Source: Micropruina sp. (GTDB lineage: Bacteria > Actinomycetota > Actinomycetes > Propionibacteriales > Propionibacteriaceae). From it: a DNA stretch of 64,000 nucleotides. The stretch is from the NCBI GenBank assembly GCA_016711105.1, contig JADJTO010000033.1, forward strand, positions 47,168 through 111,167, read 5' to 3'. A program made the position numbers and the translations under genes. The notes under the pieces are model-generated. The model saw nothing but the letters and a program-made list of their open reading frames with translations, searched no databases and was not told the DNA's origin. Of this stretch, positions 40,605-49,655 are shown one piece after another (the first letter of the stretch is position 1; each line of letters starts with the position of its first letter).

Positions 40605-41026
40605 CCCTGCGTCTCTTCCTCGACACCGCGATCGTTGCCTACGCTGTCGGGGGTGAGCATCCCCACCGCGCGGCATGCCGCACCATCATTGAGGCGGCCG
40701 CGCGCGGCCAGGTCGAACTCCATGCCAGCGTGGAACTCGTCCAGGAGTTCTGTTTCCATCGGTTGCGCAGGGGATCCCGGCAGGATGCAGTTACCCAGGC
40801 CCGCGACGTAACCGCGCTGTGCGTCCTGCACCCCGTTGACCAGGCGATCGTCGAGGGAATGCTTGACCTCATTGAACGGACCAACCTGGGCGGACGCGAT
40901 GCCGTTCATGCTGCCACCGCGATTCGCCAGGGGTTCAGCAGCATCGTCACCCCTGACCCGGACTTCGACGCGATCCCGGGCCTGCTGCGGATGGGCCCAA
41001 CCGAGGCAGCCGCAGAGTGTCCCTAG
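40601..41026 (+). CDS. vapC: PIN-domain toxin
   Basis: FLDTAIVAYAVG, ELVQE, RDAVHAATA, TPDPDFD. Confidence 0.92.
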   Translation: MTLRLFLDTAIVAYAVGGEHPHRAACRTIIEAAARGQVELHASVELVQEFCFHRLRRGSRQDAVTQARDVTALCVLHPVDQAIVEGMLDLIERTNLGGRDAVHAATAIRQGFSSIVTPDPDFDAIPGLLRMGPTEAAAECP

Positions 41027-41657
41027 CTCAAGAAGTCGTAGAGCAGCTCGTTGACCACCGCCGGTGCCTCGGTGAAGACCGAGGCGCCCGCCCCCGGGAT
41101 CAGCTCAAGCCTCGCCCCGCGAATGCCGGCCGCCAACTGCTCGGCGGCTGGAAGGTTCGCCTTGTCCTGCTCCCCGCACAGCACCAGGGTGCGGGCTGTG
41201 ATCTGGACGAGCGAGGCTCGGAAGTCGACCCGTCCGATGGCCCGGAGGGTTTCCAGCAGTGCCGGCTTGCCGATCCCGGAGTCAGCGAACGCTGCGGCCG
41301 GCATGGCGCGCAAGGCCAGCGACTGGGCGGCCATCGCCAGCTTCGGCGGCTTCACCTGACCCCCGGCCAGCACGAGATGGGAGACCGCGTCCGGTGAGCG
41401 GATCGCCGCTTCGGTGGCCACCACGGCCCCCAGGGACAGCCCGCACAGGGCCATCGAGTCCAGCCCGAATCGGTTCAGCTGGGCCAGCGCCGCGTCGGCC
41501 GCGCGGCCCAGGTCGAAGGGTGCCTGGGCGCCCGGCCGAAACCCGTCCACCCACGGGGCGGCGGCTTTCATCCCCGGTGGCAGGGCGGCGACCTGGGATT
41601 GCCAGGTCTACGGCGAGCCGCCGAGGCCGTGCAGAAAACGAGCAGCGACGGAGTCAT
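41023..41657 (-). pseudogene. Alpha/beta hydrolase with a 5' frame break (~41637) and an in-frame TAG (41608-41610)
   Basis: Reconstructed MTPSLLVF/LHGLGGSP*TWQSQ; GLSLG nucleophile elbow; GEQD; end reads IPGAGASV (no His where GAGH is usual). Confidence 0.65.
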
Positions 41658-41712
41658 CTCCCCATCGAAGCACCCCGGCGGGGTGGAACGAAGTTCTGCC
41701 ACGATGGCAGGT

Positions 41713-42207
41713 ATGGGATTGCCACCACGCCTGCTCGGTCAGGGAGAGCATGAGGTTCTCCACCTGCACACCCACTGGAAAACGATGATCGGCCCAGGCC
41801 TGGTTCTGCTACTCGCCGGCACGCTCACCGGGGTTGCGTTGGCGTTCGTCCCCGCGGATTGGCAGCCGTGGGCCGGGTTCGTGATCGCTCTGGTCGCCGT
41901 GGTCGCCCTGGTGATCGGTTTCGTCGTGCCGCTGCTCACCTGGCGCACCACCACCTACACCCTCACCAACCGTCGGATGATCACGCGCCGCGGCATCATC
42001 AGCAAGGCCGGCCACGACCTGCCCTTGCAGCGGATCAGCAACGTCAGTTACGAGCAGGACCTGCTGGATCGCATTCTGCGCTGCGGCACGCTGGTGTTCA
42101 CCACGTCCGCTGAGGCGCCGCTGGTGCTGAGTGACATCCCCGGCATCGAAGCGGTGCACGTCCAAGTGAGCAACCTGCTGTTCGCCAACGGCGGTCCCCG
42201 GGAATGA
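41713..42207 (+). CDS. Membrane-flanked bacterial PH-domain (bPH_2) protein
   Basis: Two TMs then W.TT.YTLTNRR.I.R.GII, LLDRIL.CGT. Confidence 0.85.
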   Translation: MGLPPRLLGQGEHEVLHLHTHWKTMIGPGLVLLLAGTLTGVALAFVPADWQPWAGFVIALVAVVALVIGFVVPLLTWRTTTYTLTNRRMITRRGIISKAGHDLPLQRISNVSYEQDLLDRILRCGTLVFTTSAEAPLVLSDIPGIEAVHVQVSNLLFANGGPRE

Positions 42208-42638
42208 CCGCCGGTCAACGGCTTCCGCTGGGCACCCAGCTGACCCGGTTCGTGAGCAGCGGAGGCCTGTCCGCGATCGTGGATTTCGGGTTGCTGCTGA
42301 TCGGGATGAACAACGGCCTGGATCACACCACCGCGAAGGCGATCTCGTTCGTGGCCGGCACCACCACCGCCTACCTGATCAACCGGCGTTGGACCTTCCA
42401 GGCGACCGGTTCGAAGCGCAAGTTCGCTGCCGTGGTGCTGCTGTACGCCCTCACGTTCGTTCTCCAGGTGGGCCTGTTCGCCGTGCTCTACCCCTGGTTG
42501 GTCGCCTTGGGGCTGGGGCTGGGGGTGTCCGTGGTCGAGGGGGTGAACCCGGCCCAGTTGATCGGCTTCGTGATCGCCCAAGGGGTCGCCACCACGGTCA
42601 ACTTCCTGGTCCAGCGCGGGCTGATCTTCACGCACTGA
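42204..42638 (+). CDS. GtrA-family protein (Rv3789-like)
   Basis: RFVSSGGLSAIVDFG, AKAISFVAGTTTAYLINRRWTF, AQGVAT.VNF. Confidence 0.88.
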   Translation: MTAGQRLPLGTQLTRFVSSGGLSAIVDFGLLLIGMNNGLDHTTAKAISFVAGTTTAYLINRRWTFQATGSKRKFAAVVLLYALTFVLQVGLFAVLYPWLVALGLGLGVSVVEGVNPAQLIGFVIAQGVATTVNFLVQRGLIFTH

Positions 42639-42676
42639 AACCCGGTGTGTCACCGGGCTGGCCTAGTCTGGCCTGC

Positions 42677-43824
42677 GTGACTCGTGCTTTCACCATCGGC
42701 ATCATCGGCGGGGGCCAGTTGGCCCGGATGATGCACGCCTCCTCGATCGGCCTCGGCGTCCGGATCGCCCTGCTCGCCGAAGGGCCGGATGTCTCCGCCG
42801 CCCAGGTGGTGGCAGACGTCACAGTCGGCGACTACACCGACCCGGCAACCGTTGCGGCCTTCGCCGAGCGCTGCGACGTGATCACCTTCGATCACGAGCA
42901 TGTGCCGAACCGGATCCTGACCAGCCTGGTCGGCTCCGGGCTGGCCGTCCACCCCGGCCCGGACGCGCTGCTCTTCGCCCAAGACAAAGCGGCGATGCGG
43001 CAACGGCTCTCCGCGATGGGGATCCCCTGCCCGATCTTCGCCGTGGTCGACACGGCCGACGAGCTGGCTGACTTCGGCCAAACCCACGGCTGGCCGGTGA
43101 TCGCCAAGACGTCCCGCGGCGGGTACGACGGCAAGGGGTCTGGAAGCTCGACTCCGCCGACGAGGTGGCCGAGCCGTTCGCGAACCTGAAACCGGGCGTC
43201 CAGATCGTCGCTGAGGAGTTCATCCCCTTCGCCCGCGAGCTGAGTGCCCTGGTCGCCCGCCGACCCAGCGGAGAAGCCGTCGCCTACCCGATCTCGGAGT
43301 CGGTCCAGACGGCCGGCATCTGCACCGCCACCCTCACCCCTGCTCCCGGACTCACGCCCGAACAGGAGCACGAGTGCCGAGCGCTGGCGCTGCGGATCGC
43401 CGACGAACTGGGGGTGACCGGCATTCTCGCGGTCGAACTGATGCAACGCACCGACGGTTCGGTGGTGGTGAACGAACTGGCGATGCGTCCGCACAACACC
43501 GGTCACTGGAGCATCGACGGCGCCCGCACCTCCCAGTTCGAGAACCATCTACGGGCAGTGGCCGATCTGCCGCTGGGACCGACGGAGGCCACCGATCAGG
43601 CGGTGGTGATGGTGAACGTCCTGGGCGGCAGCGTGAGCGATCTGGTCGCCGCCCTGGGAGGCGTGTTGGCCGCAGACCCGGGCGTCCGGGTGCAGCTGTA
43701 TGGCAAGGACGTGGTTCCCGGCCGCAAGGTGGGCCACGTCACGGTGACCGGGGACGAACTGGAGCAGGTGACCGCGCGAGCCAGGGCGGCGGCCGCTGCA
43801 CTGATGGGAGGCGACGATGAGTGA
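42677..43824 (+). CDS. purK: N5-CAIR synthase; frame break in G-run ~43137
   Basis: [43 protein letters not shown]. Confidence 0.93.
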
Positions 43825-44329
43825 ACTGAGTGCACAGCCGCAGGTCGGCATCGTGATGGGCTCAGATTCCGACTGGCCGGTGATGCAGGCTGCAGCCGAG
43901 GCGTGCGCCGAGTTCGGAGTGGCCTATGAGGCCGACGTGGTCTCCGCCCACCGGATGCCCGAAGACATGATCCGCTATGGCCGCGAGGCTCACACCCGGG
44001 GTCTGCGGGTGCTGATTGCCGGGGCCGGGGGAGCGGCGCACCTGCCGGGGATGCTGGCGGCGCTGACCCCGCTGCCGGTGATCGGCGTCCCCGTGCCCCT
44101 GAAGTATCTGGACGGAATGGATTCGCTGCTCTCGATCGTCCAGATGCCCGCCGGGGTTCCAGTGGCCACGGTGGCGATCGGCAACGCCCGCAATGCGGGG
44201 CTGCTGGCCGTCCGGATTCTGGCGGCGTCCGACCCGGAACTGACCCGACGGATGGTTGACTTTCAGGAGGGTCTGCGCTCGGCGGCCCACGCCAAGGGTG
44301 AGCGGGTGCGCGGCGCGTCCGCCCTCTAG
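43817..44329 (+). CDS. purE: N5-CAIR mutase
   Basis: [34 protein letters not shown]. Confidence 0.97.
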   Translation: MSELSAQPQVGIVMGSDSDWPVMQAAAEACAEFGVAYEADVVSAHRMPEDMIRYGREAHTRGLRVLIAGAGGAAHLPGMLAALTPLPVIGVPVPLKYLDGMDSLLSIVQMPAGVPVATVAIGNARNAGLLAVRILAASDPELTRRMVDFQEGLRSAAHAKGERVRGASAL

Positions 44330-44359
44330 GCCTACCTGCGAACGTTCATACTGGAGAGC

Positions 44360-45859
44360 GTGGCACCAACAGCTTCCCCCGCCGCGACCAGTCCCACGAC
44401 GTCCGCGCCAGCCTTTCTGACCGCTCGCCCGCGGTCGGAGCAGATTGCGCTGCGTCGGGGTCTGACTCTGATCGGGATGACCCTCGTGGTGCCGGGATCG
44501 GCCCAGCTCGCACACGGTAACGAGGGGATCGGACGTTTCGCGTTCCGGGTCTGGCTCGGTCTGGTCGGGGCTGTGACGGCGTTCCTGCTGCTCTTCGTGC
44601 TGGCCCGCTCCGCGGCCATCGGCCTCTACGCGCACCCCTTCTCGCTCCAGGTGCTGCGTTTCGCCACCCTGATTCTGGGTTCCGGGTGGGTGCTGCTGAT
44701 GCTGAACGCCTGGTTCATCGCCAACCCGCGCAGCATGGCGGCAAAGGGCAAAGCGGTGACCGGGGCGCTGTCGCTGGGGTTGGCCATGGTCATGGCTTTC
44801 TCGTCCTGGACGCTGGCCAGCGCGTTCGATGCCCAAAGCCGGCTGGTCTCGGCCGTCTTCGGTGGTGGCGGTACCACCGACACGATGGCCGGCCGCTACA
44901 ACGTGCTGCTGATGGGTGGGGACGCCGGGTCGGATCGGGTGGGGCTTCGTCCGGACACGATGATCGTCGCGAGCATCGACGCGAACACCGGCCGCACGGT
45001 GCTGTTCAGCCTGCCCCGCAACATGCAGTGGGCGCCCTTCCCCACCAGCTCACCGCTGCACCGGCTCTATCCCAACGGCTATTGGTGTGCCGATCAGTCC
45101 TGCCTGCTGAATGCGGTCTACACGTTGGGCCAGCAGCACAAGGATCTCTACCCCGGGGTGAAGTACCCCGGTGCCCAGGCGACCAAGGAGATCATCGAGA
45201 ACGTGCTCGGACTCTCGATCAACTACTGGGCGATGATCGACCTGAAAGGCTTCCAGGCGCTGATCGATGCCGTCGGTGGGATCAGGCTCGACGTCCCGAA
45301 GAAGGTCCCGATCGGCGGTGGTAGTCGTCCGATCTATGGCTGGGTCGGGCCCGGCAAGAACCTCAAGTTGAACGGCTTCCAGGCGTTGTGGTTCGCCCGC
45401 TCCCGAGCCCTCTCCAGCGACTACGAGCGAATGGCGCGGCAGAAGTGCGTGCTGAACGCCATGGTCAAGCAGCTCAGCCCGGCGACCGTCCTGACCAAGT
45501 TCAACGACCTTGCCGCGGCCGGGGAGCAGATCGTGGCCACGGACGTCCCGACCGGCCAGTTGGGCACGTTGCTCGACCTGGCCCAGAAGGGTCGCAGCCT
45601 GCCGCTCTCCAGCGTGAACTTCTCGCCGCCGCTGATTCGTCCCGTGAAGCCCGACTTCCCGCTGATTCGCAAGGTGGTGACCGACAAGATCGCCGCCTCC
45701 GAAGTAGCGGACGAGCGGGCCAAGAACCCGCCGCCAAGCGCCGACCCAAGCGCCGCCCCGAGCCCGGCGGCGAGCACCGCGACCGGGTCGCCGTCCCCCT
45801 CGCCCAGTAAGAGCGCCGGGACCGAGGATTTGGATTCGGTCTGCAAGGTCAGCGGGTGA
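44360..45859 (+). CDS. LytR-CpsA-Psr (LCP) family protein
   Basis: N-terminal TMs; NVLLMGGD..DR.GLRPDT, SLPRN, ALWFARSR..SSDYERM.RQ. Confidence 0.92.
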   Translation: MAPTASPAATSPTTSAPAFLTARPRSEQIALRRGLTLIGMTLVVPGSAQLAHGNEGIGRFAFRVWLGLVGAVTAFLLLFVLARSAAIGLYAHPFSLQVLRFATLILGSGWVLLMLNAWFIANPRSMAAKGKAVTGALSLGLAMVMAFSSWTLASAFDAQSRLVSAVFGGGGTTDTMAGRYNVLLMGGDAGSDRVGLRPDTMIVASIDANTGRTVLFSLPRNMQWAPFPTSSPLHRLYPNGYWCADQSCLLNAVYTLGQQHKDLYPGVKYPGAQATKEIIENVLGLSINYWAMIDLKGFQALIDAVGGIRLDVPKKVPIGGGSRPIYGWVGPGKNLKLNGFQALWFARSRALSSDYERMARQKCVLNAMVKQLSPATVLTKFNDLAAAGEQIVATDVPTGQLGTLLDLAQKGRSLPLSSVNFSPPLIRPVKPDFPLIRKVVTDKIAASEVADERAKNPPPSADPSAAPSPAASTATGSPSPSPSKSAGTEDLDSVCKVSG

Positions 45860-45869
45860 CCCCCGATCC

Positions 45870-46559
45870 GTGATCGGGGCCCTGCGCTCCCGGGTGCGAA
45901 CCAACGGCGCGGCCCCGCTGCTCACCTATTACGACCTGGCCAGCGGCGAACGGACGGAGTTCAGCGCCCGCAGCGTCGCCAACTGGGTGGACAAGACCAC
46001 CAACCTGTTGGACGAACTGGACGCCCGCGACGGGATTATCGCCAGTCCGTTGGCGCTGAGCCACCCGGCGCATTGGGTCAGCCTGATCTGGCCGCTGGCC
46101 AGTTGGCAGGCCGGCGCTGAATACCGCGTAGTGGGGGCGGCTGATACCGCGGGGGCCGACGTGGCCGTGATCGGTCCGGACGAGGTGGCTCCCACCGACG
46201 CCGAGGTAACCATCGCCTGCTCGCTGCACCCGCTGGCGCTCGGCCTGCGCAACCTGCCGGCCGGGGTGCTCGACTACTCCACCGAAGCCCTGTCGTGCTC
46301 CGACCTGGCGCATCCGGCACCCTTGGCGCCGAGCCAGCTCGCCTGGACGGACGCCGCACGTCAGCTCACCCACGCCGACCTGGTGGCGCTGCAACCCCAA
46401 ACCGGACGGGTGCTCGTCCGTGCTGCGGGGGCCTTTGACACCCTTCGGGCGGCGATCATCAGCCCGCTCCTCGGCGGCGGCTCGGCGGTCCTGGTGGTCG
46501 GCGACTCCGACCCCGAACGGCTGGCCCGGCTCCGTGCCAGCGAACGCTGCGTGGAATGA
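45870..46559 (+). CDS. TIGR03089-like protein (acyl-CoA synthetase-like fragment)
   Basis: PLLTYYD..SGERTEFS..SVANWV.KT.NLL, HW, GGSAVLV. Confidence 0.82.
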   Translation: MIGALRSRVRTNGAAPLLTYYDLASGERTEFSARSVANWVDKTTNLLDELDARDGIIASPLALSHPAHWVSLIWPLASWQAGAEYRVVGAADTAGADVAVIGPDEVAPTDAEVTIACSLHPLALGLRNLPAGVLDYSTEALSCSDLAHPAPLAPSQLAWTDAARQLTHADLVALQPQTGRVLVRAAGAFDTLRAAIISPLLGGGSAVLVVGDSDPERLARLRASERCVE

Positions 46560-46566
46560 TGGGCCG

Positions 46567-47409
46567 ATGATGTCACCCCACACCTCTCGTCGTTCGGTGT
46601 TGCTGCTGGGCGGCCTTGCCTTGGTCGGCTGCGCGGCCTCGCCGTCCATTCCGCGGGTCACCGCCTCGCCGACCGGGAGCATCCGGGAGCAACTGCAGAC
46701 CGCGCTGGACACCGTCTCGGCCGGTAACGAGCGCCTGGGTGTGGCGCTGAAGGACCTGAACTCGGGGGCTAGTTGGGACTTTCGCGGCGACTACGCCAGC
46801 CAGAGCGCCTCGATGGCCAAACCGATGATCGTCTCGATGGCTATGCGCCAGGCGCGGGCTGCGGGGGGCCCGTTGAGCGCGGAGAACCTGCAGCACGCCA
46901 CGGCCGCGATCACCCAGTCCAAGAATGACGATGCGGACGCCCTCTGGGCGAGCGCCGGCGGACGTCCTGCCTACGACGACCTGGCCAAGGATCTTGGGCT
47001 GACCGCCACCCGCAGCGACCCGGCGCGGGACTTCTGGTCCTGGACGTGGACCACACCCAAAGACCAACTGCTCTTTCTTCAGCAGTTACTCAACGGCACC
47101 AAGGCTTTGGACGATGCCGATCGGGCCACGCTGCTCTCCCTGATGGGCAGCGTGACTGACGATCAGGCCTGGGGGGTCGGCGCTCCCCGAGGGGCCGAGG
47201 TGGCCGTGCAGCTGAAAAACGGCTGGGTGCAGTTCCAGTCCACCGACAAGCTGTGGGCGGTCAACTCGATCGGGCACGTCAAGGGTCAGGGCCGGGACTA
47301 CCTGCTCACCATCATGACCCGCACCGCCGACTTCGACACCGGACGCGCCTACTGCGACGAGATCGGCAGCTGGGTGTTCAAGGTCCTCGGCTCCGGTCCG
47401 CTGCGCTGA
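46567..47409 (+). CDS. Class A beta-lactamase-like serine hydrolase, predicted Tat lipoprotein
   Basis: SRRSVLL Tat-like motif + LVGC lipobox; SASMAK, SKN, KNGW. Confidence 0.8.
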   Translation: MMSPHTSRRSVLLLGGLALVGCAASPSIPRVTASPTGSIREQLQTALDTVSAGNERLGVALKDLNSGASWDFRGDYASQSASMAKPMIVSMAMRQARAAGGPLSAENLQHATAAITQSKNDDADALWASAGGRPAYDDLAKDLGLTATRSDPARDFWSWTWTTPKDQLLFLQQLLNGTKALDDADRATLLSLMGSVTDDQAWGVGAPRGAEVAVQLKNGWVQFQSTDKLWAVNSIGHVKGQGRDYLLTIMTRTADFDTGRAYCDEIGSWVFKVLGSGPLR

Positions 47410-47446
47410 TTCCCTCGACGGCGCAAACCTGGTTAGGCTCGCTGCC

Positions 47447-48538
47447 GTGACCAGCGATTCCAGGTTTGTCGTGATCATGGCCGGCGGTTCCGGAACGCGG
47501 CTGTGGCCGTTGTCCCGCAAGGGCACGCCGAAGCAACTGCTGCCGCTGGTGGAGGGAAAGAGCCTGCTCCGGGTCGCGGTCGAACGGGTGCTGACCCTAG
47601 TGCCGCCGGAGCGGATCCTGATCTGCACCGGCGCGGCCTACGCCACCCAGGTGGCCGAGGATCTGACCGAGATTCCGGCAGCCAACATTCTGGGGGAACC
47701 TCAGGGACGGGATTCGCTCAACGCTGTGGCGTGGCCGGCGGCGGTGATTGCCCGGCGCGACCCGCACGCGGTGATCGCTCAGGTCACCGCCGATCAGGTG
47801 ATCGAGCCGGTCGCCGTGTTCGCGGACGCGCTCGCCGAGGCTTTCGCGGTCGCTGAGGCCGATGATCGCGCCCTGGTCACCCTCGGCGTCGTGCCGAGCA
47901 GCGCTCACACCGGTTACGGCTATCTGCACCGGGGGGAGCCGGTCGAGGGGTTCCCCAACACTCATAAGGTGCTGGAGTTCCGGGAGAAGCCCGACCCGAT
48001 CACTGCTGCGGAGTACCTGCGATCCGGTGAGTACTGGTGGAACGCGGGCATGTTCGTCTGGCGGGCGACCACCTTCCTGGAGCAGTTGGCGCTGCTCCAG
48101 CCGGAAACGCACACCCGGGTGCTGGAGTTGGCCGAGCACCCCGAGCGGCTGGCAGAGATCTTTCCGACGCTGTACGCCACGTCGGTCGACTACGGCATCA
48201 TGGAGCCGGTTTCCGCCGGCGCCGGCACGGGCCACGTGCTCGCGGTCGCGCTGCCGGTGCAATGGAAAGATGTCGGCGGCTACGCCTCGCTGGCCGAAAT
48301 CTTGACCCATGATGAGGCCGGGAATGCTCTGATCGGGGCCTCGGTCACCCTGGACGCCTCGAACAACGTGATCATCAACACCGCCGGGTCGGGCCGTCTG
48401 GTCGGGGTGCTGGGTGCCAGTGACCTGGTCATCGTCACCACCGCGGAGGTCACCCTGGTCGCGCCGGTGGCGCAGGCCGAGCGGGTCCGCGAACTGGTGG
48501 CGTTGGTCCGCGCTCAGGCGGGGGAGTCCTTCGCCTGA
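47447..48538 (+). CDS. manC: Mannose-1-phosphate guanylyltransferase
   Basis: IMAGGSGTRLWPLSR..PKQ, GYGY, FREKPD, WNAGMF, SVDYGIME, WKDVG. Confidence 0.93.
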   Translation: MTSDSRFVVIMAGGSGTRLWPLSRKGTPKQLLPLVEGKSLLRVAVERVLTLVPPERILICTGAAYATQVAEDLTEIPAANILGEPQGRDSLNAVAWPAAVIARRDPHAVIAQVTADQVIEPVAVFADALAEAFAVAEADDRALVTLGVVPSSAHTGYGYLHRGEPVEGFPNTHKVLEFREKPDPITAAEYLRSGEYWWNAGMFVWRATTFLEQLALLQPETHTRVLELAEHPERLAEIFPTLYATSVDYGIMEPVSAGAGTGHVLAVALPVQWKDVGGYASLAEILTHDEAGNALIGASVTLDASNNVIINTAGSGRLVGVLGASDLVIVTTAEVTLVAPVAQAERVRELVALVRAQAGESFA

Positions 48539-48565
48539 TGTCGGTGGCGCTCGCTACCCTGAAGC

Positions 48566-49273
48566 GTGCTCGAAAATTTGAAGCGAATCCGGCAGCCCGT
48601 CACCTGGGCCGTGCTTGGGGTGCTGGTGGCAAACATGATCATCCAGGTGATCAAGTTCGGCTACCTCGTGATCTACGAAGACGGCGGGGTTTTCGAGTCC
48701 TTCCAGACGGTCGGGATCTCGATTCTCCCCCTGGCCCTCGTGCTTGCCCTGATCGGGCTGGTCTGCACGTGCCTCTTCGTCACCCCGGCCAGCGGGCGTG
48801 CTCTGACGCTGGCGAAACTGGCCGCCTGGGTGGTGACGGTGGGCGTGGTCGCCCAACTGATCTGCCTGCTGCTGGGTCTTGCGTCCTCGGTCAACGGTTT
48901 TGCCGTCGTCCTGGAGATTCTTGGCGGTTTGCTCGACGTGATTCTCAAGGCTGTCGCGGCAGGCGTGTTGTGGGTGCTTCATCGTGGTGTGGACGCCGGA
49001 CGAATCGATATGGCGGCCCCCGCCCCGGCCCGGACGCCGGCCGAGGTTGAGCAGGTAACCGACACGCCCAAAGCCCCCCCGATCTGGCGTCGCGACCAGG
49101 CCGCGGGTGCTGTCTGGCGGACGGCCAACGAGGCCGCCAGCGGTGCTGCTCCCGAAGGGTCGGCGGAGCCGCTTTACCCCACAACTGACCCCGAAGCAGA
49201 CGGCGACACGCCGGTCAGGCTGTGGAAGCCCGTCCGTCGTCGTGGCGACGAATCGACAATTGATCCTGAATAG
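48566..49273 (+). CDS. Hypothetical membrane protein (4 TMs, Pro-rich tail)
   Basis: Four hydrophobic segments followed by a low-complexity tail. Confidence 0.72.
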   Translation: MLENLKRIRQPVTWAVLGVLVANMIIQVIKFGYLVIYEDGGVFESFQTVGISILPLALVLALIGLVCTCLFVTPASGRALTLAKLAAWVVTVGVVAQLICLLLGLASSVNGFAVVLEILGGLLDVILKAVAAGVLWVLHRGVDAGRIDMAAPAPARTPAEVEQVTDTPKAPPIWRRDQAAGAVWRTANEAASGAAPEGSAEPLYPTTDPEADGDTPVRLWKPVRRRGDESTIDPE

Positions 49274-49275
49274 GG

Positions 49276-49305
49276 TTGACTTGACCTGAATAACAGGCGT
49301 GTAAT
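49276..49305 (+). promoter_or_regulatory. Putative housekeeping-sigma promoter of whiB
   Basis: TTGACT-N18-TGTAAT in an AT-rich gap. Confidence 0.55.
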
Positions 49306-49357
49306 TCCTTCCATGTAGTTTCGGAAGTGAATGCCGAACTCGGTCGAGGAGCGTGTA

Positions 49358-49621
49358 ATGCACGAGCTGCTAGCGGTGGTGACAGTCGACGACGACGAAG
49401 GCGCACTCGGGTGGCAAGAACGTGCACTCTGCGCTCAAACTGACCCCGAAGCGTTCTTCCCGGAGAAGGGCGGGTCCACCCGGGAGGCCAAGAAAGTGTG
49501 CCTGTCCTGCGATGTGCGCTCGGAGTGTCTCGACTACGCCCTTGGCCACGACGAACGCTTCGGTATCTGGGGCGGGTTGAGTGAACGCGAGCGCCGCAAG
49601 CTGAAGAAGCAAGCCGTCTGA
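49358..49621 (+). CDS. whiB: WhiB-family Fe-S transcription factor (WhiB/WhiB2 type)
   Basis: WQERALCAQTDPEAFFPEKGGSTREAKKVC..C....C...GIWGG; RBS GAGGAG. Confidence 0.96.
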   Translation: MHELLAVVTVDDDEGALGWQERALCAQTDPEAFFPEKGGSTREAKKVCLSCDVRSECLDYALGHDERFGIWGGLSERERRKLKKQAV

Positions 49622-49655
49622 CTGCTGCCTGGGCGGCTAGTCTGAGGCTTTGATC

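Noticed and set aside
41608-41610. In-frame TAG as pyrrolysine or stop-codon readthrough
   Set aside because: Single occurrence, no pyl genes in the window, and TAG is a normal stop for many genes here.
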